From an uncultured Actinomycetes bacterium (GTDB lineage Bacteria > Actinomycetota > Thermoleophilia > UBA2241): a stretch of DNA of 64,000 bases. The notes under the pieces were generated by a model. That model had not been told where the DNA came from. It did not search any database and saw only the letters and a program-made list of their open reading frames with translations. How positions within the stretch are numbered: the stretch's first letter is position 1; the number at the start of each line of letters is the position of its first letter. Location of the stretch: the NCBI GenBank assembly GCA_963767005.1, contig CAVYCN010000012.1:96001-160000 (forward strand), given 5' to 3'. Both the position numbers and the translations under genes were made by a program. This document shows, in pieces, positions 1 to 7,582 of the stretch.

Positions 1-1
1 G

Positions 2-697
2 CGTGAGGCCCTGTTCCGCGGCGCCGACGAGGTCGTGCTGCTGTCGGACCGGGCCTTCGCCGGCGCCGACACCCTGGCTACGAGCTATGCGCTGGCGCGC
101 GCCATCGAGCGCCTCGGCCGCACCGACCTCGTCCTCTGCGGCCGGCAGGCGATCGACGGCGACACCGCCCAAGTCGGCCCTCAGACCGCCGAGAAGCTCG
201 GCCTGCCCCAGATCACCGGCGTGGTCCGTGTCGACGAGGTCGTGCCGGAGCCGGTGGGCGGCTGGATCACGGCGACGCGCGCAGTCGAAAGCGGCACCGA
301 GACGCTGCGCGCACCGCTGCCGGCGCTGCTCACCGTGACCGCCGACGCCAACGAGCCGCGGCCGCCGAGTGTGAAGCTCGTCATGACCTACAAGGACGCC
401 GTCGCCGAGGCGTTGCCCGACTACGACGACAGCTACCTCGACCCCGACTCGGGCGCGGCCGAGGTCTGTCTCGTGACCCGCGCCGGCCGGCGGGTGTGCC
501 GGGCGCGCATCGTGCAGTGGGACGCCGCCGCGATCGAGGCCGAGCGCGAGCTCGTCGGCCTGCGCGGCTCGCCGACCCGCGTGAAGAAGATCGACAGCGT
601 CGTGCTGACCGCCGGCGAGGCACGCCTCGTCGAGCCGACCGACGACGGCGTGAGCACGCTCGTGCGCGAGCTGATCGAGGAGCACATCCTTGGCTAG
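2..697 (+). CDS. etfB: Electron transfer flavoprotein subunit beta (5'-truncated by window edge)
   Basis: Frame is open from base 2 (REALFRGADEVVLLSDRAFAGADTLATS...GRQAIDGDTAQVGP), classic EtfB motifs; C-terminal GLRGSPTRV. Confidence 0.95.
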   Translation, partial: REALFRGADEVVLLSDRAFAGADTLATSYALARAIERLGRTDLVLCGRQAIDGDTAQVGPQTAEKLGLPQITGVVRVDEVVPEPVGGWITATRAVESGTETLRAPLPALLTVTADANEPRPPSVKLVMTYKDAVAEALPDYDDSYLDPDSGAAEVCLVTRAGRRVCRARIVQWDAAAIEAERELVGLRGSPTRVKKIDSVVLTAGEARLVEPTDDGVSTLVRELIEEHILG

Positions 698-1811
698 TAC
701 CCCGGGCGAGGTCTGGGTCTTCGTCGAGACCAGAGGCGGCCATGGCCGGCGGCCGGGCGGCGACGGCGCGGCGCCCGACCTGCACGCGGCCGAGATCGCG
801 CTCGAGCTGCTGGGTCGCGCCCGCACGCTCGCCGACGAGCTCGGCGCCCGCACCGGCGCCCTCGTCGCCGGCGGCCCGGGCGCGCGGGCGCTCGCGCCCG
901 CGCTCGTCGCCGCCGGCGCCGACACCGTCTATCTCGCCGTCCACGACGCGCTCGACGACTACCTGGCCGAGCCCTTCGCGCGGGTCGTCGTCGAGGCCGT
1001 GCGCCGGTTCCAGCCGCAGATCGTCCTGTACGGCGCGACCACGACCGGCCGCGACCTCGCGCCACGGGTCGCCTCGGCGCTGCGCTGCGGCCTCACGGCC
1101 GACTGCACCGACCTGCGCGTCGGCGACCACGAGGTCAAGGGCGTCGAGTACCGCGACCTGCTCTACCAGATCCGGCCGGCTTTCGGCGGCAACATCATCG
1201 CGACGATCGTGAGCCCCGAGCACCGGCCGCAGATGGCGACGGTGCGCGAGGGCGTCTTCCGGCTGCCCGACTCCGACCCGGCCCGCCGCGGCGAGGTCGT
1301 CGCGCTCGCCGTCCAGCGCGTGACGGGGCCGGCGGTGAGCGGCAACGGGCGGCCCTCGGCAGCCGGCGGGCCCATCCTGCTCGACGACCTCGACCTCGCC
1401 GTCGAGCTCGTCGACCGCACGCCCGAGGAGCGGTCGGTCGATCTCAAGGGCGCCCGTGTCGTGGTCTCCGGCGGCGTGGGCGTGGGCGACGCCGCCGGCT
1501 TCGACCTGCTGCGCGAGCTGGCCGACACGCTGGGCGGCGTCGTCGGGGCCTCGCGCGCCGCGGTCGACGCCGGCTGGATCAGCCGCGAGCACCAGGTCGG
1601 CCAGACCGGCACGACGGTGCGTCCCAAGCTCTACATAGCGGCCGGCATCTCGGGCTCCGTGCAGCATCGCGCCGGCATGGACCAGTCGGCCCGCATCCTC
1701 GCCATCAACACCGACCCGCTCGCGCCCATCTTCGCGGTCGCGCACTACGGGATCGTGGGCGACCTGCACGACGTGGTGCCGCGGCTGATCAGGGCCTACC
1801 GCGAGAAATGA
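690..1811 (+). CDS. etfA: Electron transfer flavoprotein subunit alpha
   Basis: GRDLAPRVA, GLTADCT, RPAFGGN, QVGQTG, PKLYIAAGISGSVQH motifs; TTG start overlaps the etfB stop. Confidence 0.95.
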   Translation: MASTPGEVWVFVETRGGHGRRPGGDGAAPDLHAAEIALELLGRARTLADELGARTGALVAGGPGARALAPALVAAGADTVYLAVHDALDDYLAEPFARVVVEAVRRFQPQIVLYGATTTGRDLAPRVASALRCGLTADCTDLRVGDHEVKGVEYRDLLYQIRPAFGGNIIATIVSPEHRPQMATVREGVFRLPDSDPARRGEVVALAVQRVTGPAVSGNGRPSAAGGPILLDDLDLAVELVDRTPEERSVDLKGARVVVSGGVGVGDAAGFDLLRELADTLGGVVGASRAAVDAGWISREHQVGQTGTTVRPKLYIAAGISGSVQHRAGMDQSARILAINTDPLAPIFAVAHYGIVGDLHDVVPRLIRAYREK

Positions 1812-1884
1812 CGACGATGACGAGCGCCGGCGACCCGCGAGACGTGACGGCGACCGCCGCCGGCGGCCGGCGACTGGGGGTCTT

Positions 1885-3624
1885 GTGAGCAACTACTACA
1901 GCGACGACCCCGATCTGCAGGCGCAGCTCGACGCGCTCGATCTGCGCCGCATCGTGGCACTGCGCGAGGACGATTACGAGCAGGCCCACGACTTCGCCTA
2001 CGCGCCGCGCGACTACGACGACGCGCTCGACTCGTACCGCCGCACGCTCGAGATCGTCGGCGAGCTCGCCGGTGACTTTGTGGCGCCGCGCGCCGAGGAC
2101 GTCGACCGCGCCGGCTCCGCGCTCGTCGACGGCGAGGTCTGCTACGCGCCCGGCATCGCCGCGGCACTCGAGCGGCTCACCCAGGCCGACCTCATGGGCA
2201 TCACGCTGCCGCGCCGCTACGGCGGCCTGAACTTCCCGGTCACTGTGTCGGTCATGATCGTCGAGATGATCTCGCGCGCCGACCCCGCGCTCATGAACGT
2301 CTTCGGCCTGCAGGACATCGCCGAGACGATCAACAGGTTCGCCAGCGACGACCTGAAGGAGCGCTACCTGCCGCGCTTCGCAAGCGGCGCGGTGACCGGC
2401 TCGATGGCGCTGACCGAGCCCGAGGCCGGCAGCGATCTGCAGAACGTCCAGCTCAAGGCGACGCTCGGCGCCGACGGCGTGTGGCGCCTGAACGGCGTGA
2501 AGCGCTTCATCACGAACGGCTGCGGCCAGGTGTCGCTCGTGCTGGCGCGCTCCGAGGAGGGCACGACCGACGCCCGCGGCTTGTCGATGTTCGTCTACGA
2601 GCGCGACGAGCACATGCGCATCCGGCGGCTCGAGGACAAGCTCGGCATCCACGGCTCGCCGACCTGCGAGCTGCAGTTCGACGATGCGCCGGCGCTGCTC
2701 GTCGGCGAGCGCCGGCGCGGCCTCACCACCTACGTGATGAGCCTCATGAACGGCGCCCGTATCGCGATCGCGGCGCAGGCCCAGGGCATCGCCGAGGCGG
2801 CCTACCGGGCGGCCTCGAAGTACGCCGACGAGCGCGTGCAGTTCGGCGGGCCCATCCGCGACCTCACGCCGGTGGCCGCCATGCTGGCCGACATGAAGGT
2901 CGCGATCGAGGCCTCGCGCGCGCTGCTCTACGAGACGGCGCTGATCGTCGACCTGAAGGAGGGCCTGGAGCGCCGGATCGAGCAGCTCCAGTCCGGCGAG
3001 CGCCCGCCGCGCGACGACGACGAGCTCAAGGAGCTGCGCGCCGACTTGAAGAAGCACACGCGCCTGGCGGCGCTCTTCACGCCGCTCGCCAAGGCCTGCT
3101 CGACCGAGATGGCCAACACGGTCACCTACGACTCGCTGCAGATCCACGGCGGCTCGGGCTACATGCGCGACTTCGCCGTCGAGCGCCACAGCCGCGACGC
3201 GCGCATCACCAACATCTACGAGGGCACGACTCAGCTCCAGGTCGTGGCGGCGATCGGCGGCGTGCTGTCGGGCACCATGAGCGACCGCCTCGACGAGTAC
3301 GACGCCGGCGACTTCGCCGCGACCCCCGAGGCGCTCGCCCGGGTGCGGGCGGCGCGCGAGCGCTGGGCCGCCGCCGTCGCCCACGTGCGCGCGGCCGACT
3401 CGCCCGCGTTTCGCGACTTCCACAGCCGCCGCCTGGTCGAGATGGCGATCGACCTGGTCTGCGCCTACCTGCTCTTGCGCGCGGCGCAGAGCGCGGCGCG
3501 CAAGCTGCTCGTCGCGCGCTACTTCGTCGACCAGATGGCCGCCCAGGTCGAAGCCGCCGCGCACGCCGTGCTGGCGTCGGGCCCGGCGTCGATCGACGCG
3601 CTGCAGGCACTCGGCAGGGACTGA
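1885..3624 (+). CDS. Acyl-CoA dehydrogenase (long form with C-terminal domain)
   Basis: MALTEPEAGSD, LNGVKRFITNG, KLGIHGSPTCE, QIHGGSGYM, IYEGTTQLQ motifs; directly downstream of etfAB. Confidence 0.93.
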   Translation: MSNYYSDDPDLQAQLDALDLRRIVALREDDYEQAHDFAYAPRDYDDALDSYRRTLEIVGELAGDFVAPRAEDVDRAGSALVDGEVCYAPGIAAALERLTQADLMGITLPRRYGGLNFPVTVSVMIVEMISRADPALMNVFGLQDIAETINRFASDDLKERYLPRFASGAVTGSMALTEPEAGSDLQNVQLKATLGADGVWRLNGVKRFITNGCGQVSLVLARSEEGTTDARGLSMFVYERDEHMRIRRLEDKLGIHGSPTCELQFDDAPALLVGERRRGLTTYVMSLMNGARIAIAAQAQGIAEAAYRAASKYADERVQFGGPIRDLTPVAAMLADMKVAIEASRALLYETALIVDLKEGLERRIEQLQSGERPPRDDDELKELRADLKKHTRLAALFTPLAKACSTEMANTVTYDSLQIHGGSGYMRDFAVERHSRDARITNIYEGTTQLQVVAAIGGVLSGTMSDRLDEYDAGDFAATPEALARVRAARERWAAAVAHVRAADSPAFRDFHSRRLVEMAIDLVCAYLLLRAAQSAARKLLVARYFVDQMAAQVEAAAHAVLASGPASIDALQALGRD

Positions 3625-3672
3625 GCCGGGGCCGGCGAGCGCGCTGGTCCGCGCGTCTCGTCCGCGGCCCCG

Positions 3673-3771
3673 CTACAGTCCCCGGAAGTGTTTCTCGCAG
3701 CCGAGCAGCCGCAGCGTCAGCTCGTCGGGCCAGCCGGGGCCGAGCGGTCCGACCGGCGCGAGGGTGCTCAT
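3673..3771 (-). CDS. Possible 32-aa peptide translationally coupled to the fic gene
   Basis: ATG overlaps the fic TGA (ATGA); reads MSTLAPVGPLGPGWPDELTLRLLGCEKHFRGL* with mostly G/C third positions. Confidence 0.3.
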   Translation of the reverse strand: MSTLAPVGPLGPGWPDELTLRLLGCEKHFRGL

Positions 3772-4931
3772 CGCTGGTCCACACCCTCCATCGGCATCCT
3801 CAGGATGTCCAGGACCGGACGGGCGAAGTACAGCCTTCGCCATTTGCGGCCCTCTGCCTCTTCGAGCAATCCGGCCTTCACCAGGGCCTTGATGGCGGTG
3901 CGAGCGGTCGGGTTGGTGACCCCCAGCGCCTTCTGTGCCTCGGCCACCGTCATGATCGGTGCCCGCATGATCTCGTCTACGAGCGCCAGCGCCTTGGGCT
4001 GGCCCTGTACCTTCTGCCGGTGCTCCTCCCGAACCTGTATCAGGTCGCGCGCCTGCCGCGCCGCCCGCACCGCGGTCTCGCGGACCCCGGTAAGGAAGAA
4101 GAGAAGCCAGGTGTACCAGTCGCCTTCGGTCCGCACTCGAAGCAGCGCATCGTAGTAGTCGCCGCGGTGCGCCTCGATGTAGGCCGAGAGGTAGAGCAGC
4201 GGCTGCGTCAGGCGGCCAGTCTCCGTCAGGAACAATGTGATCAGCAGGCGACCGACGCGACCGTTGCCGTCGAGGAACGGGTGGATGGCCTCGAACTGCT
4301 CGTGTACGAGCGCGCACTGGATAAGAACGGGCAGGATGGCCCTGTCGTGCAGGAAGACCTCCCAATCACCAAGCGCTTGCATCATCTCGGGTACAGGGGG
4401 TGGAACGTAGGTCGCCGTCGCCGGGGTCGAGCCAGGGGGACCGATCCAGTTCTGAGAGCGACGAAACTCCCCCGGGGTGGCGTGCGATCCGCGGACGCCC
4501 TGCATCAAGCGCTCGTGAAGTTCTCGCGCGAAGCGGAGAGACAGGGGAAGCTCCTTCAGACGCGCCAGACCGTACTCGAGCGCATCGATGTAGTTGCGCA
4601 CTTCGCGCAGGTCGTTCGGATCGCGCTCGGATGGCGGCACCTTGACTTCGTCCATCAGCAGTTCTGACAGCGTCGTCCGAGTCCCCTCGATGCGTGACGA
4701 TAGAACGGCCTCCTGACGGAGGTACGGCGCGATCAGCAGATGCGGGTTGGGAAGCTGTTCTCCGGCGATCGAGAGCTCCGCAAGAGCCGCGTCGGCCTGC
4801 GACAGGACGAGCACCAGGTCCTGCGGATACTCGAGGGGGGGCGGAAGTGGAGCGGGTACGAAGGCGTAGTAGCCCGCAGCGGCTTCGATAACGCGACCGG
4901 CTTTCGTGCTGTGAAACGGTGCTGGGTCCGT
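3768..4931 (-). CDS. Fic family protein (AMPylase) with N-terminal extension and probable C-terminal HTH; probable ACG start
   Basis: HPFLDGNGRVGR catalytic motif and SSRIEG autoinhibitory motif. The frame stays open upstream of the called GTG (4814) through AGYYAFVPAPLPP to ACG at 4929-4931, which has GGAG 6 nt upstream. Confidence 0.88.
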   Translation of the reverse strand, partial: TDPAPFHSTKAGRVIEAAAGYYAFVPAPLPPPLEYPQDLVLVLSQADAALAELSIAGEQLPNPHLLIAPYLRQEAVLSSRIEGTRTTLSELLMDEVKVPPSERDPNDLREVRNYIDALEYGLARLKELPLSLRFARELHERLMQGVRGSHATPGEFRRSQNWIGPPGSTPATATYVPPPVPEMMQALGDWEVFLHDRAILPVLIQCALVHEQFEAIHPFLDGNGRVGRLLITLFLTETGRLTQPLLYLSAYIEAHRGDYYDALLRVRTEGDWYTWLLFFLTGVRETAVRAARQARDLIQVREEHRQKVQGQPKALALVDEIMRAPIMTVAEAQKALGVTNPTARTAIKALVKAGLLEEAEGRKWRRLYFARPVLDILRMPMEGVDQR

Positions 4932-4952
4932 GACGGGCTCCGGTCGCGCGGT

Positions 4953-5004
4953 GCATTTTCAATGCGCCGAGCGCTTTGAAAATGCTGGACGCCATATTTT
5001 CAAA
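4953..5004. promoter_or_regulatory. Inverted-repeat operator upstream of fic
   Basis: GCATTTTCAA (4953-4962) / TTGAAAATGC (4976-4985) perfect inverted repeat, plus a third half-site ATTTTCAAA (4996-5004) in an AT-rich patch. Confidence 0.55.
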
Positions 5005-5020
5005 GATGAGAGGCATTCGC

Positions 5021-5046
5021 AAAGGGAGATCGCTTCGCGATCTCCC
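5021..5046 (-). terminator. Probable intrinsic terminator downstream of the GGDEF gene
   Basis: GGGAGATCGC-TTC-GCGATCTCCC 10-bp hairpin followed by TTT on the minus strand. Confidence 0.5.
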
Positions 5047-5207
5047 CACGCGCCGATCCGCTTCTGCCATCTGGTCGACGAGATGGAGTACCGCGCCGTC
5101 GGCGCAGCACGTCCTGCCTGTCAGGGGTGTGCAAAGCGTGGGGGAGTCGGGGCCGAAGTCACATCATGGGCGCGCTCGGCCGGGTCGTCGAGCGCGCGGC
5201 CGGCCGC

Positions 5208-7055
5208 TCAGGCGCCGTCGTCGGGTGCGTCGTCCCAGTCGGGTGGCAGGATGATGCCACTCAGAGGGTCGTCGGGCTCGGCCGCGGCGCCGGCGTGCGG
5301 CTCGCCGCCGGCGAAGGCGTCGGGCGCCTCGCCGTAGATCTGCACACGGCCGCCGCCGAGCGCCCGCGCCTTGGCGAGAGCCTCTACAGCGTAGCCGCCG
5401 AGCTCGTCGGCGTCTTCGGCGTGGCGCGGGAAGCCGGCGACGCCGACGCTCAGCGTGAAGGAGCCGAGCAGTCCGTGGTCCTCGTCGCGCAGCTCCATGC
5501 CGGAGACCGCCTCGCACAGCCGCTGCGCGACGAGCGCGGCGCCGGGGCGGAACGGGGGCGTGCTCGGCAGCAGCAGGGCGAACTCTCCGGAGCCGTGCAC
5601 GCAGGCCACGTCGACCTTACGACGCAGGCTCGCCAGGAGCAGGCGGGCGATCGCCTTGAGCACGGCGTCGCCGGCCGTCCGGCCGCGACCGATCACGAGA
5701 CGCTCGAAGCCGTCGACGCCGACCAGGACCACCGACAGGGGCTGCTTGTAGCGCACCGCGCGCGCCGTCTCGGAGTAGAGGTGGTCGTAGAAGTACCAGC
5801 GACTGAAGAAGCCGGTGACCGGGTCGACCGCCGTCTGGCGGTCGTAGGCGCGCTCGAGCCGGCGATGCTCGAACGCCACGGCGGCGAGGTCGGCCAGCGC
5901 CTGCAGCACGGCCATCTCAGCCGACGAGAAGCGCGGCAGCGGGCAGCCGCGGATGTCGAGGAAGCCGATCGTGCGCGCGGGCACGACGAGCGGCACGATC
6001 ACCCGGGTTGGCTCACCCGACGTGCGGGCCTGGGCCGGCCGATGGCGCTCGATCGCCCGCAGGACGAGCTTGTCGGGGGCCGGCTCGGCGCCACGGCCGC
6101 CGGCGACGGCCGGCGCGCCGACGGCGAAGCCGTCGTCGGCGCCGCGATCGTCGTCGTCGAGGCGGGTGAACGTGTCGTCGTCGCCGCGCAGCCAGACGCC
6201 GACGTCGTGCTCGACGCCGGGCAGCAACTCGCTCGCGGCGCGCCGCAGGCGGTCCACGACCTGGCGCTGGTCGAGGGTGGCGGCCAGGGCGTGACTCGAG
6301 TCGACGAGGCTCTGCAGCAGGCCGGCGTGGTCGTCGTGGTCGCGACGCGCGCGCACCGACCTCACGCCGACCTCTGCCAGGCGGCAGACGGTGTCGAGCA
6401 GGGCGCGCTCGTCGTCGTCGAAGCGGCGCACGGCGCGGCGCTCGACGAGGCCGAGCACGGCGATCACCTCGCCGTCCTCGAACAGCGGCAGGTCGAAGGA
6501 GCTGCGGTAGCCGCGGCGCTCCATGAGCGCCAGGGCCTCGGGAGGCAGGTCGGGGTCGTCGATGTGACGTTCGAGCGGCGCGCGGCTCTCCAGCAGCAGC
6601 GTCAGGTCGGGGCGCTTCGCCAGCGGCACGATCGTGCCGACCGCCGCGAGCTCGTCGGCGCTGGCCCCATCGTGACGCCAGGCCGCCTCGTAGCGGGCGA
6701 CCTCGCGCTCACGGTCGAACACCCACAGGTCGACGAGCCAGAGGTCGAGCAGGCGACCGGCCTCGGCGACGAATGCGCCCAGGACATCGTCCGACGCAAG
6801 GGCGGCGGCGAGGGCCCGTTCAGCGCCCTCGGCGCTCGTCGTCGCACGGCGCCGGTCGGACTGCTCGGGCGCCTCGGCGGCGACGGCCGCCGGAGCGGCG
6901 ACCGTGGGCGGAGCGGCGCCGGGGACGACCGTGGGCGGAGCGGCGTCGGGGGCGACCGTGGCCGGAGCGCCGAAGACGGATGCGGCGTCGATCATGCGCG
7001 CGATCATGTCGGACGCCGTGGTAGCAGCGTCGCCAGGATGTTCGTCTTGGTGCAC
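5208..7055 (-). CDS. GAF-GAF-GGDEF protein with degenerate active site (probable c-di-GMP receptor)
   Basis: Two GAF-like segments, then DPVTGFFSRWYF...GDAVLK...HGSGEFALLLP...TLSVGVA; GGAGG SD before the GTG. Confidence 0.85.
   Translation of the reverse strand: MHQDEHPGDAATTASDMIARMIDAASVFGAPATVAPDAAPPTVVPGAAPPTVAAPAAVAAEAPEQSDRRRATTSAEGAERALAAALASDDVLGAFVAEAGRLLDLWLVDLWVFDREREVARYEAAWRHDGASADELAAVGTIVPLAKRPDLTLLLESRAPLERHIDDPDLPPEALALMERRGYRSSFDLPLFEDGEVIAVLGLVERRAVRRFDDDERALLDTVCRLAEVGVRSVRARRDHDDHAGLLQSLVDSSHALAATLDQRQVVDRLRRAASELLPGVEHDVGVWLRGDDDTFTRLDDDDRGADDGFAVGAPAVAGGRGAEPAPDKLVLRAIERHRPAQARTSGEPTRVIVPLVVPARTIGFLDIRGCPLPRFSSAEMAVLQALADLAAVAFEHRRLERAYDRQTAVDPVTGFFSRWYFYDHLYSETARAVRYKQPLSVVLVGVDGFERLVIGRGRTAGDAVLKAIARLLLASLRRKVDVACVHGSGEFALLLPSTPPFRPGAALVAQRLCEAVSGMELRDEDHGLLGSFTLSVGVAGFPRHAEDADELGGYAVEALAKARALGGGRVQIYGEAPDAFAGGEPHAGAAAEPDDPLSGIILPPDWDDAPDDGA
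6899..6961. repeat. 27-bp tandem repeat (about 2.3 copies) encoding a Pro/Ala linker
   Basis: cgaccgtgggcggagcggcg(c/t)cgggg(a/g) repeated; encodes AAPPTV units. Confidence 0.8.
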
Positions 7056-7155
7056 GTCCCCTCCGCTTGAGCGTTCCCGTCGCAGGCGACGCCATCGTTG
7101 TCGGCAGGTCGGCCACCTGCCGATAGGGTCTGCGGGGAGCGCCGGGGCGAAGGAC

Positions 7156-7183
7156 TAAAGGACACGGGGGGGCTTGCCGATAC
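7156..7183 (+). promoter_or_regulatory. Sigma28/WhiG/FliA-type promoter
   Basis: TAAA (7156-7159)-16 nt-GCCGATAC (7176-7183), a near-perfect match to the TAAA-N15/16-GCCGATAA consensus. Confidence 0.7.
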
Positions 7184-7189
7184 TGGGAG

Positions 7190-7270
7190 TACCCCCTTCA
7201 CGACGGGCCCGGGTTCTGCAAGCCGCCTCACGCGAGACGGCATGCAGTGCCCGGGCCCGTCCCCCTTCTC
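7190..7270 (+). ncRNA. Putative structured small RNA or leader (long interrupted hairpin flanked by CCCCCTTC repeats)
   Basis: GACGGGCCCGGG/CCCGGGCCCGTC outer stem with inner CTGCA/TGCAG, GCCG/CGGC and CTC/GAG pairings; begins right after the sigma28-like promoter. Confidence 0.5.
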
Positions 7271-7329
7271 GGGTCGATGACGGCGGCGCCCGCTTCTGGT
7301 AGATTGGCGGTGCCTGAAGGAGGCCGCAG

Positions 7330-7527
7330 GTGATCTACTCAGTCGTCCCGCCCGAGCTCGGCGAAGAGGTCTTCGCCCGGCTCGTCGAGCGGTACAAGGA
7401 CAATCCCAACATCACCGTGATCATGGACCGTCGCAAGGGCGAACGGCGCAGGGACAACTCCGGCGGCGGCGGGCGCGAGACCCGCGACCGCCGCCGCCGT
7501 CGCCTGCCGGGCAGCTTCGACGTCTGA
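7330..7527 (+). CDS. Small hypothetical protein (65 aa) with DRRxxERR / RDRRRRR motifs
   Basis: GAAGGAGG SD 6 nt before the GTG; high-GC3 codon usage. Confidence 0.75.
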   Translation: MIYSVVPPELGEEVFARLVERYKDNPNITVIMDRRKGERRRDNSGGGGRETRDRRRRRLPGSFDV

Positions 7528-7582
7528 CCCCGCCGCACAGCCGCCGGTCCCGCCGGGCCCGGCCGTCCGCGCCGCCGACACG

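Noticed and set aside
5010-5200. c-di-GMP riboswitch near the GGDEF gene
   Set aside because: Hairpins are present, but I cannot find the GEMM GGCAAA/GNRA/receptor arrangement; the main stem fits a terminator.
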